Of a stretch of DNA of 64,000 bases, positions 47,974 to 55,630 are shown in pieces; positions within the stretch are counted from its first letter, which is position 1; each line of letters begins with the position of its first letter. A program made the position numbers and the translations under genes. Below the pieces are notes generated by a model, which saw only the letters and a list, made by a program, of their open reading frames with translations, ran no database searches and was not told where the DNA came from. The DNA comes from an uncultured delta proteobacterium (lineage in GTDB: Bacteria; Myxococcota_A; UBA9160; SZUA-336): NCBI GenBank assembly GCA_963704165.1, contig CAVPHD010000004.1, positions 96,001 to 160,000 of the forward strand, given 5' to 3'.

Positions 47974-49137
47974 CTACGGCGCTTTGCGGAACGCGAACGC
48001 ATGCTCGCGTCGGTTGGTTCGCCCGGCGTGCTCCGGCCGTTCGACCGACGCGCTGGCGATGAACGTCAATCCGGCACGCCGCGCGGCATCGAGGGTCGGC
48101 TGCGACGCGTCGATGACGCCGGCCGGAAGCAGGCCGTCGCCGATCACGACGACGAGGTGCCCGCCCGGCGCGAGCGCGTTCGCGACGTTCCTCGTCCACA
48201 GATCGGTGTCGGTCCGCCAGATCTCTCGCGCGCGCCGGAGTCCGCCGCGCCAGAGCCGCCGCGCGCCGATCTCGCGCGAGGCGTTCGGGCGCTCGCCGAG
48301 CCAGACGTGCCGCAGGTGCTGCATCGGCAGGTAGTCGTACGTCGATGGGTAGGGGGGAGAGGTCAGCACGAGCGAGATGGGAATCGGTGGCGCGACTTCG
48401 CGCGCATCGGCCAGGACGATCTCGGCGTCGGGGGTTTGGGGCGGAATGGCCTCGCGCAGGCCCGTCATCTGCCGCGCGAGCTCGCGAGATTTCTTGTGGA
48501 AGAGCACCGCCGTCGTACCCGCGGGACGATCGTGCTTCTCGCGCACGGCCTTCGTGTCCGACACGCGGAAGGACACCTTCACGATCACCGACGAGAACAC
48601 CGCTTCGAGCAGCTCTCGGATCGACGCGTCCGAGGCCTCGATTCCGGCCCGGAGGGCCTCGAGCTCTCGCAGGACGTGCGGTGCGAACCAGCTCTCGACG
48701 ACGTGCAGGATCTCGTCGCGTGGCATTGCGCCCGTCGACGACGACGTGCGCGCAAGCTCCGTCAGCTTTCGCGCGCGCGAGCGGAAGGCGGTGAGAAGGG
48801 ATTCGTCCGGAGTCGCGGTGCGCGCGCGAGCGACCCGGATCGCGACGGGCGAAACGTCGCTGCCGTACGCCCGGCGACCGGCCGCACGTGCCTCGACGAG
48901 GACCGTTCCGCCGCCACAGAACGGGTCGAAGACGGAGTCGCCCGGGAAGAGCGCGATCACGTCGCGCGCGGCGTCCGCGTGCATTCCCGCCGGGTAGGTG
49001 TGGAACGAATGCGTGTAGCGCTCGACGGGTCCGAACCGCGAGAGCGCCCCTCTCAAACCCTCGGCGAGCGTCTCGTCCCCGCGCAGGGCGCTCGAGAGGG
49101 CGGGGCGGTCGTGTGCGACACGGCGTGGGTCGGGCAT
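47974..49137 (-). CDS. Orphan SAM-dependent amino-methyltransferase, probably DNA N4-cytosine
   Basis: THSFHTYPA, DPFCGGGT (motif I) before TSPPY (motif IV). Confidence 0.82.
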   Translation of the reverse strand: MPDPRRVAHDRPALSSALRGDETLAEGLRGALSRFGPVERYTHSFHTYPAGMHADAARDVIALFPGDSVFDPFCGGGTVLVEARAAGRRAYGSDVSPVAIRVARARTATPDESLLTAFRSRARKLTELARTSSSTGAMPRDEILHVVESWFAPHVLRELEALRAGIEASDASIRELLEAVFSSVIVKVSFRVSDTKAVREKHDRPAGTTAVLFHKKSRELARQMTGLREAIPPQTPDAEIVLADAREVAPPIPISLVLTSPPYPSTYDYLPMQHLRHVWLGERPNASREIGARRLWRGGLRRAREIWRTDTDLWTRNVANALAPGGHLVVVIGDGLLPAGVIDASQPTLDAARRAGLTFIASASVERPEHAGRTNRREHAFAFRKAP

Positions 49138-49212
49138 GGAAGCGGACACGCTACAGCGGGACGACCCGCCCGCCAGGGCTCCCCCGGTCTCGAGCGCTCG
49201 CGCCCGTTCGAA

Positions 49213-49240
49213 TAGACACCGTCGGCGCGGCGTATATAAT
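49213..49240 (+). promoter_or_regulatory. Strong sigma70-type promoter TAGACA-16-TATAAT
   Basis: 5/6 match to -35 and perfect -10 in a GC-rich background. Confidence 0.7.
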
Positions 49241-49244
49241 CGCG

Positions 49245-49497
49245 ACCCGTGCGAAGCCTTCGTTGGCGTTGGTGAACCGGCCGCGCAGTGCAGCCGGGTC
49301 GCCCATCGTAGATGCCAATTCCCTTCGCAAGCCAGTTTCCGGACTGGTCAAGAGACCGCCAAGAACCCTCGACTTCCCTGGTTCGAGTCCCTCCCAGGTC
49401 TTGAGCACGCCCGACGCGGGTTGAGACGCGAGTCTCCCAAACGCGGACGCTGCGCCTGACGTCTGTCTGGGGCGCGTTCACAAGAGCCGAGCACGGC
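49245..49497 (+). ncRNA. Unidentified structured RNA (independent ncRNA or long 5' leader of ndvB-like gene)
   Basis: Starts just after promoter; ends pair (CCGTGC 49247-52 with GCACGG 49491-96); internal hairpins incl. GAGAC-GCGA-GTCTC and T-loop-like CCTGG-TTCGAGT..CCAGG. Confidence 0.45.
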
Positions 49498-49510
49498 GCC
49501 CCAAAATCCT

Positions 49511-52168
49511 ATGCGTCGATCCAGCCTCGCGATCCTGTTTCTCGTCGTCCTCGGCAACCTCGCTGTGTTCTCCGTGCTGAACCGGCCGATCGAGCCGCCC
49601 GCATGGGAAGGCACGATCGCCGGGCTTTCCTTCGCGCCGTACCGCGCGGGACAGGGGCCGATCGACAAGGTTTTCCCCTCCGAAGCCGAGATCCGAGACG
49701 ATTTGCACCACGTCTCGAAGCACACGCGCTCGGTCCGCACCTACAGCGCGCTCGACGGCATGGAAGAGATCCCGCGGCTGGCCAGTGAGTTTGGCCTGAA
49801 CGTGACCGCGGGCGCCTGGCTGGATGCCGACCGGGCCAAGAACGAGCGCGAGATCAAGGGCCTGCTGGAGAGCGCCCGGGCCAATTCCAACGTCACCCGG
49901 GTGATCGTCGGAAACGAGGTCATGCTCCGCGGCGACCTGACGCGAAGCCAGCTCGCCGGCTACCTGCGGCGGGTCCGCGCACAGCTCGCCGTCCCGGTCG
50001 GCACCGCGGAGCCGTGGCACGTCTGGATCAAGCACCCGGAGCTCGCTCGCGACGTCGACTTCATCGCGGTCCACTTGCTGCCCTATTGGGAAGGGATCCA
50101 CGCCGACGACGCGATCGCCTTCGTCACCGAACGACTCGCCGAGGTGAAGAAGAGGTTCCCCGGCAAGCCCGTGATCATCGGCGAGGTCGGCTGGCCCTCG
50201 AACGGCCGCATCCGCCGCGGCTCCGTGCCGTCGATCGCTCAAGAGGCGGCCTTCCTTCGCGAGTTCCTGAACCTCGCCGAGAAGAACCACATCGACTACT
50301 TCCTGATGGAGGCGTTCGACCAGCCCTGGAAGATCCCCGTCGAAGGCGGTGTCGGGGCGTACTGGGGGATCTGGGACCAGGCGCGCGACGCGAAGTTCGC
50401 GTGGACCGGGCCGATCGTCGGCGTGCCGGGCTGGCCGATCCTGTTTGCGATCGCGAGCCTGCTGCCTCTGCTGCCGCTGCTCTGGTTCCTGAACCGATTC
50501 GAGCGCTTCCGCCCGCGCGGCCGGATCTTCTTCGCGGGCCTGGTTCAAGCGGCGGCGTCGCTCTTCGTCTGGGTCAGCTACCTGACCTTGAGCCAGTACC
50601 ACAGCGTGTACTCGGCCACGGCGTGGGTCGTCCTGCTCGGCGCGCTCGGCGCGCTGCTCGCGATCGGGATCACGGAGGCCTTCGAGCTCGTGGAGCTGCT
50701 CTGGCACCGCAAGCTCACGCGCCGGTTCCGACCCGTCGCAACGAAAAAGCTCGAACGGCTGCCGATGGTCTCGCTGCACCTGCCGCTCTGCAACGAGCCG
50801 CCCGAAATGGTCCGCGAGACGCTCGAAGCGCTCGCCGCGCTCGACTACCCCAAGCTCGAAGTGCTCGTGATCGACAACAACACGAGCGATCCCGGTCTGT
50901 GGAAGCCCGTCGCCGATCTGTGTCAGATCCTCGGCCCTCGCTTCCAGTTCCACCATCTCGAGAAGGTCGAGGGGTTCAAAGCCGGCGCGCTCAACTACGT
51001 GCTCGGCCTGACCCATCCGGAGGCCGAGATCGTCGCCGTGATCGACAGCGATTACGTGGTTCGTCCCGACTGGCTCGCGAACCTGATTCCGTACTTCGAC
51101 GATCCGAAGATCGGAATCGTGCAGGCGCCGCAGGACTACCGCGACGGACACGAGAGCGCTTTCAAGGCGATGTGCCGCTGGGAGTACGCGGGCTTCTTCG
51201 AGATCGGCATGGTCCACCGCAACGAGCGCAACGCGATCATCCAGCACGGAACCATGACGCTCGTGCGCCGCGACGCGCTCGAGGCGCTCGGTGGCTGGGC
51301 CGAGTGGTGCATCTGCGAGGACGCCGAGCTCGGTCTGCGCATGATGGAAGCCGGTTACGAGACCGCGTACGTGAATCGATCCTACGGCCAGGGTCTGATG
51401 CCCGACACGTACTCCGCCTACCAGAAGCAGCGCTTCCGCTGGGCGTACGGCGCGGTGCAGATCCTGAGGCGCCACTGGCGTGAGCTCGTGGGCCTCGCTC
51501 CCACGAAGCTGACGGGGGCGCAGCGTTACCACTTCATCGCCGGCTGGGCGCCATGGTTCGCCGACGCGCTGAACACCGCGGTCACGGCCCTGGCCCTGAT
51601 CTGGACGGTCGGGCTCGTGACGCTGCCGAAGGTCTTCGAGTTTCCGCTGCGCTTCTTCCTCTGCGCATCGCTCGGCTTCTTCGCGCTGAAGGTCGGCAAG
51701 ACCCTCTGGCTCTACGCTTCCCGGGTCAAGGCGACGCCGGGGCAGAATCTCGCCGCCGCGCTCGCCGGGCTCTCGCTCACCCACACGATCGGCAAGGCGA
51801 TCTTCTCGGGGATCTTCACGAAGGGACGCCCGTTCATGCGCACGCCGAAGTGCGAGGACCAACCGGCCTTCGTACGCGGTCTGCTCGCATCCCGCGAGGA
51901 GAGCACCATCCTCGCTCTGCTCATGCTCGGCGCCTTCGCGATCTTCGTCGTCTACGGCGGCGACGACATCGAGGCGCTGCTCTGGATCGCGCTGCTCGGC
52001 GTCCAGTCACTGCCCTACGCGGCATCGCTCTCGACCGCCATGGTGAATGCGCTTCCCGCTCGAGTCGTCGCCCAGGCCGTGCCGAAGCCGCTCGGGTCTC
52101 TGGTCCCGGCCGAATACGATTCGGTCATGTCCCGGGTCGTCGGCGGCCACGACCTGAATCGGATGTAG
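49511..52168 (+). CDS. ndvB: GH17-GT2 fusion, NdvB-like (cyclic) beta-1,3-glucan synthase
   Basis: GH17 VGNE, HLLPYWE, GEVGWPS, EAFDQPWK; GT2 KAGALN, DSD, CEDAELG, QRFRW. Confidence 0.88.
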   Translation: MRRSSLAILFLVVLGNLAVFSVLNRPIEPPAWEGTIAGLSFAPYRAGQGPIDKVFPSEAEIRDDLHHVSKHTRSVRTYSALDGMEEIPRLASEFGLNVTAGAWLDADRAKNEREIKGLLESARANSNVTRVIVGNEVMLRGDLTRSQLAGYLRRVRAQLAVPVGTAEPWHVWIKHPELARDVDFIAVHLLPYWEGIHADDAIAFVTERLAEVKKRFPGKPVIIGEVGWPSNGRIRRGSVPSIAQEAAFLREFLNLAEKNHIDYFLMEAFDQPWKIPVEGGVGAYWGIWDQARDAKFAWTGPIVGVPGWPILFAIASLLPLLPLLWFLNRFERFRPRGRIFFAGLVQAAASLFVWVSYLTLSQYHSVYSATAWVVLLGALGALLAIGITEAFELVELLWHRKLTRRFRPVATKKLERLPMVSLHLPLCNEPPEMVRETLEALAALDYPKLEVLVIDNNTSDPGLWKPVADLCQILGPRFQFHHLEKVEGFKAGALNYVLGLTHPEAEIVAVIDSDYVVRPDWLANLIPYFDDPKIGIVQAPQDYRDGHESAFKAMCRWEYAGFFEIGMVHRNERNAIIQHGTMTLVRRDALEALGGWAEWCICEDAELGLRMMEAGYETAYVNRSYGQGLMPDTYSAYQKQRFRWAYGAVQILRRHWRELVGLAPTKLTGAQRYHFIAGWAPWFADALNTAVTALALIWTVGLVTLPKVFEFPLRFFLCASLGFFALKVGKTLWLYASRVKATPGQNLAAALAGLSLTHTIGKAIFSGIFTKGRPFMRTPKCEDQPAFVRGLLASREESTILALLMLGAFAIFVVYGGDDIEALLWIALLGVQSLPYAASLSTAMVNALPARVVAQAVPKPLGSLVPAEYDSVMSRVVGGHDLNRM

Positions 52169-52200
52169 CGGGTTAGAATCCTCCGATCGACGGAGGGTCC

Positions 52201-53421
52201 ATGACGGTCGAGCTCCTGCTCGTGATCCTCGCCGCGGGAGCTGCGCTCACCGCGGTCGCGCTCGCTCTTCGTCTCGGCCAGGCTTCGCGTCAGTCTCTCG
52301 ATGCGGCCGAGCGTGCCGTGCGCGACGAGCTCCGCGTCGGTCGCGACGAGGCCGCGAAGGCTTCGAGCGAGCTGCGTGGCGAGGTGACTTCGCAGCTCAA
52401 GGGACTGACGGATTCGAACGAGCTCCGGCTCGACCGGCTCCGCACCGCGCTCGACACCCAGCTGAAGCAGCTGCAGGAGGGCAACGAGAAGAAGCTCGAC
52501 GAGATGCGCAAGACCGTCGACGAGAAGCTCCAGGGCACGCTCGAGAAGCGCCTCGGCGAGTCGTTCAAGCTCGTCAGCGACCGGCTCGAAGCCGTTCAGC
52601 GCGGGCTCGGCGAGATGCAGAACCTGGCGACGGGAGTCGGCGATCTGAAGCGAGTGCTCACGAACGTGAAGGCGCGCGGCGTCTTCGGCGAGGTTCAGCT
52701 CGGCGCGATCCTCGAGCAGATCCTCACGCCCGACCAGTACGCGCGAAACGTCCAGCCCAAACCCGGCTCGCGCGAGATCGTCGAGTTCGCGCTCCGCTTG
52801 CCGGGGCCCGACTCCGATCCGAACACGTGCGTCTGGTTGCCGATCGACGCGAAATTCCCGCACGAGGACTACACGCGGCTCGTCGAGGCGGCAGAGACGG
52901 GAGAGGTGGACGCCGAGCGCAGCGCCTCGGCCGCGCTCGCGCGCGTCGTGCGCGGATTCGCGTCGAGCATCGGCGAGAAGTACATCGAGCCGCCGCACAC
53001 CACCGACTTCGCGATCCTCTTCCTGCCGACCGAGGGGCTGTACGCGGAGATCCTGCGCCAGCCCGATCTCGTTCAGAGCCTGCAGAGGGATTTCCGCGTC
53101 GTCGTGGCCGGTCCGACCACGCTCTCGGCGATTCTCACGAGTCTGCGCATGGGCTTCCGCACGCTCGCGATCGAGAAGCGCGCGAGCGAGGTCTGGCAGG
53201 TGCTCGCCGCGGTGAAGACGGAGTTCGGCAAGTTCGGCGACGCGCTCGGTCGCGTCCGCAAGCAGCTCGACACCGCGGCGAAGTCGATCGACGACACGAC
53301 CGTCCGCACGCGCGCGATGGAGCGCCGACTGCGCCAGGTCGAATCGCTCCCGGCGGGCGAGGCCGGTCAGATTCTGGAGCTGCCCGAGCCATCGGACGTG
53401 GACGCGGACGCCGACTCCTGA
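52201..53421 (+). CDS. rmuC: DNA recombination protein RmuC
   Basis: N-terminal TM plus coiled coil; RGVFGEVQL, PIDAKFP, KYIEPPHTTDFAILFLPTEGLYAE, GPTTL. Confidence 0.95.
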   Translation: MTVELLLVILAAGAALTAVALALRLGQASRQSLDAAERAVRDELRVGRDEAAKASSELRGEVTSQLKGLTDSNELRLDRLRTALDTQLKQLQEGNEKKLDEMRKTVDEKLQGTLEKRLGESFKLVSDRLEAVQRGLGEMQNLATGVGDLKRVLTNVKARGVFGEVQLGAILEQILTPDQYARNVQPKPGSREIVEFALRLPGPDSDPNTCVWLPIDAKFPHEDYTRLVEAAETGEVDAERSASAALARVVRGFASSIGEKYIEPPHTTDFAILFLPTEGLYAEILRQPDLVQSLQRDFRVVVAGPTTLSAILTSLRMGFRTLAIEKRASEVWQVLAAVKTEFGKFGDALGRVRKQLDTAAKSIDDTTVRTRAMERRLRQVESLPAGEAGQILELPEPSDVDADADS

Positions 53422-53441
53422 AGAGCGGTTGAAACCCGCGG

Positions 53442-54362
53442 CTACTCGTCCGAGCGCGAGAGCTGCGTGGGCGGCAGCTTCGTGCGCAGGGCGACGGCGA
53501 TCACGATCACGCCGGCGACGGCGAACGGAAGACTCAGGAGCTGCCCCATCGTGAGCGCGGCGCCCGGCACGACGCGAATCACGTGCTCGGCGGCGTCGGG
53601 CGCGAGATCTGCGAAGCGCTGAAACTCCTTGGTGTACTCGAGCGCGAACCGGAACGAGAAGTAGAGCGCGAGCAGCAAGCCCGCGAGCAGCCCGCGCGGA
53701 CGGCTTTCCCCCATGCGCCGCTCGACCCACCACAGGATCGCGAAGACCGCGAGCAGGGCCGCGCCCTCGTAGAGCTGTGCCGGGTGGCGCGGCAGCGGCT
53801 GTGCGATCCAGCCGAGCGGACCGTGCTCGCGCTCCCAGCTCGCCTGGTTCCTGGCGGCGTACACGGGGAAGCGTACCGCCCACGGTCCGGTCCACTCGCG
53901 CCCGACGATCTCGGAGTTGAAGAAGTTGCCCAGCCGGACGAGTGACGCGCCGAGCATCGCCGGCATCGCGAAGCGGTCGGCGATCTCGGCGGGCGAGTAC
54001 CCGTAGTACCGCGCGTAGAGCCAGAGCATGACGATCAGCCCGGTCGCCGAGCCGTGACTCGCGAGTCCGCCCGACCGCACGTCGAAGATCGCGCGCGGGT
54101 TTGCCAGGAAATACCCGGGCGAGTAGAACACCGTCTCGGCCAGGCGCCCGCCGATGATGACCGCTGCCGCGGACCAGACGATGATCCGACTGGTCGGAAC
54201 GACACCATGCCCCGCGCGCACCATCTGCCGATGCCAGACGACGTAGCCCGCCACGAAGACCAGAAAGAAGCAGACGCTGTACCAGCGGATCTGCAGGCCG
54301 CCGACGCGCAGCATCACCGGGTCGACGTTCCAGAGCCAGTACTGCGTGAAGTCGGCTTCCAT
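53442..54362 (-). CDS. lgt: Prolipoprotein diacylglyceryl transferase
   Basis: IRWYS, GGRL, GGLASHG, RLGNFFNSEIVG, RHPAQLYE, RFALE, MGQLLS. Confidence 0.95.
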   Translation of the reverse strand: MEADFTQYWLWNVDPVMLRVGGLQIRWYSVCFFLVFVAGYVVWHRQMVRAGHGVVPTSRIIVWSAAAVIIGGRLAETVFYSPGYFLANPRAIFDVRSGGLASHGSATGLIVMLWLYARYYGYSPAEIADRFAMPAMLGASLVRLGNFFNSEIVGREWTGPWAVRFPVYAARNQASWEREHGPLGWIAQPLPRHPAQLYEGAALLAVFAILWWVERRMGESRPRGLLAGLLLALYFSFRFALEYTKEFQRFADLAPDAAEHVIRVVPGAALTMGQLLSLPFAVAGVIVIAVALRTKLPPTQLSRSDE

Positions 54363-54398
54363 TTCGCGCGCGCGATTCTATCCGCGATCGCCGCGATC

Positions 54399-55589
54399 GT
54401 GTTCTGCGCGCTCGCGATCTCGGCGCGTGCCGAGATCGTCGTCGAGATCGCGACGATCGGGCCTGGCGACGCGGTCTGGGAGCGCTTCGGCCACGTGATC
54501 CTGCGCGTCGCCAACACGAAGACGGGTTACGACGACGCCTACGACCTGGGCGCGGCCGACTTCGGGCTCCCGGGCTTCGCATGGGATTTCGCGAACGGGC
54601 GCGAGCGCTTCTTCACGACGGTCTCCCCCTGGGCGGCTCGGCTCGAGCGCTTTCGCGAGCGCGATCGCGACGTCGTGATCCAGCGGCTCGACCTCGACCC
54701 GGCGCAGATGGCGCGCTTGCGCGACGAGGTCAACGTCCTCCGCTCGGAATCGGACACGCACCGCTACGTCTACGACCACGTCCGGGACAACTGCTCGACA
54801 CGGCTGCGCGACCTTCTCGACCGGGTCACGGACGGCGCGATTCGCCGCGCGGCCGAGACCCTGCCCTCGGGGCACACGTTTCGCGAGTACACGCTCCGCG
54901 GCGAAGCGGGGCGGATCGATGCGCTGCTCTTCCTGGATCTGATCGTCGGTCCGCCGTACGACCAGATCGTCTCGGGTTGGGCGCTTCTGTTTCTCCCGAG
55001 CGAGCTCGCCGAGGCGATCGCGCGCGCGCGCGGCGACGGCGATCGTCCGTTGGTGTCGAAGACCCGGGTCGCGCACCGGCGACTCGGCGCATCGCCACAG
55101 GACGGCAACCCCGACGCCGGTCGCCGCCTCGCTCTGGGATTCGGGCTCGTCTGCCTCGCGGTCTGCGTCGGGGGCGTGTTCGCTGCGCGCGGAGCGGACG
55201 CGCGGCGGGCGCGCTCTCTCGATCGCGCACTCGGTGCGACGCTCGTCAGCGTCGGCGTGATCTTCGGATCGGCCGGCGCGGCGCTCTGGACCCTGATCGC
55301 GCTCTCGCACGTTCCGGATCTCGCCTGGAGCGAGAACGCGCTGCTCTTCCTTCCCCTCGACCTCGTCTGGATCGGGTATGGCTTTAGCCGATTGAGTTCG
55401 GGAACGCGCCGCCCGCGGCCGCTGCCGATCCGGTTCATCGACGCGAGACTGGCGCTGCTCGCCGCGGTCGTGATCGCGCGCGCGTTCGGCCTGCTCGCGC
55501 AGGACAACACCGCCTTCCTGATTTGCGCGGCAGCCGTCTTCCTCGGCCTTCGCGCCGCCGGGGCGAGGTCGGCCCGGCCGACGGACTGA
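54399..55589 (+). CDS. DUF4105 (Lnb-like) membrane protein, putative lipoprotein N-acyltransferase
   Basis: TIGPG..WERFGH, YDLG..DF, YVYDHVRDNCSTR, FLP, then about 5 C-terminal TMs; start codon uncertain. Confidence 0.75.
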   Translation: MFCALAISARAEIVVEIATIGPGDAVWERFGHVILRVANTKTGYDDAYDLGAADFGLPGFAWDFANGRERFFTTVSPWAARLERFRERDRDVVIQRLDLDPAQMARLRDEVNVLRSESDTHRYVYDHVRDNCSTRLRDLLDRVTDGAIRRAAETLPSGHTFREYTLRGEAGRIDALLFLDLIVGPPYDQIVSGWALLFLPSELAEAIARARGDGDRPLVSKTRVAHRRLGASPQDGNPDAGRRLALGFGLVCLAVCVGGVFAARGADARRARSLDRALGATLVSVGVIFGSAGAALWTLIALSHVPDLAWSENALLFLPLDLVWIGYGFSRLSSGTRRPRPLPIRFIDARLALLAAVVIARAFGLLAQDNTAFLICAAAVFLGLRAAGARSARPTD

Positions 55590-55630
55590 GCAGATCCATG
55601 CGTCGCCTTCGCCCCGCCGCGCCGCGCGGT

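Noticed and set aside
49371..49400. tRNA or tmRNA suggested by GGTTCGAGTCC
   Set aside because: T-arm-like only; no acceptor stem, D or anticodon arm at correct spacing, and no CCA end
49245..49497. Large SRP RNA, 6S RNA or c-di-GMP-I riboswitch identity
   Set aside because: The CCGTGC..GCACGG ends recall large SRP but the CAGG..GGAAG..AGCAG core is absent; no clean 6S rod; no GNAAA/GCAAAG riboswitch motifs; left unassigned
47974..53421. Restriction-modification or defence island (MTase plus RmuC nuclease fold)
   Set aside because: No adjacent restriction enzyme; RmuC is a widespread gene 3 kb away on the other strand
53422..53441. Intrinsic terminator between rmuC and lgt (similar hairpin near 34800-34820)
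   Set aside because: Short GC stems without U tracts; not distinguishable from background
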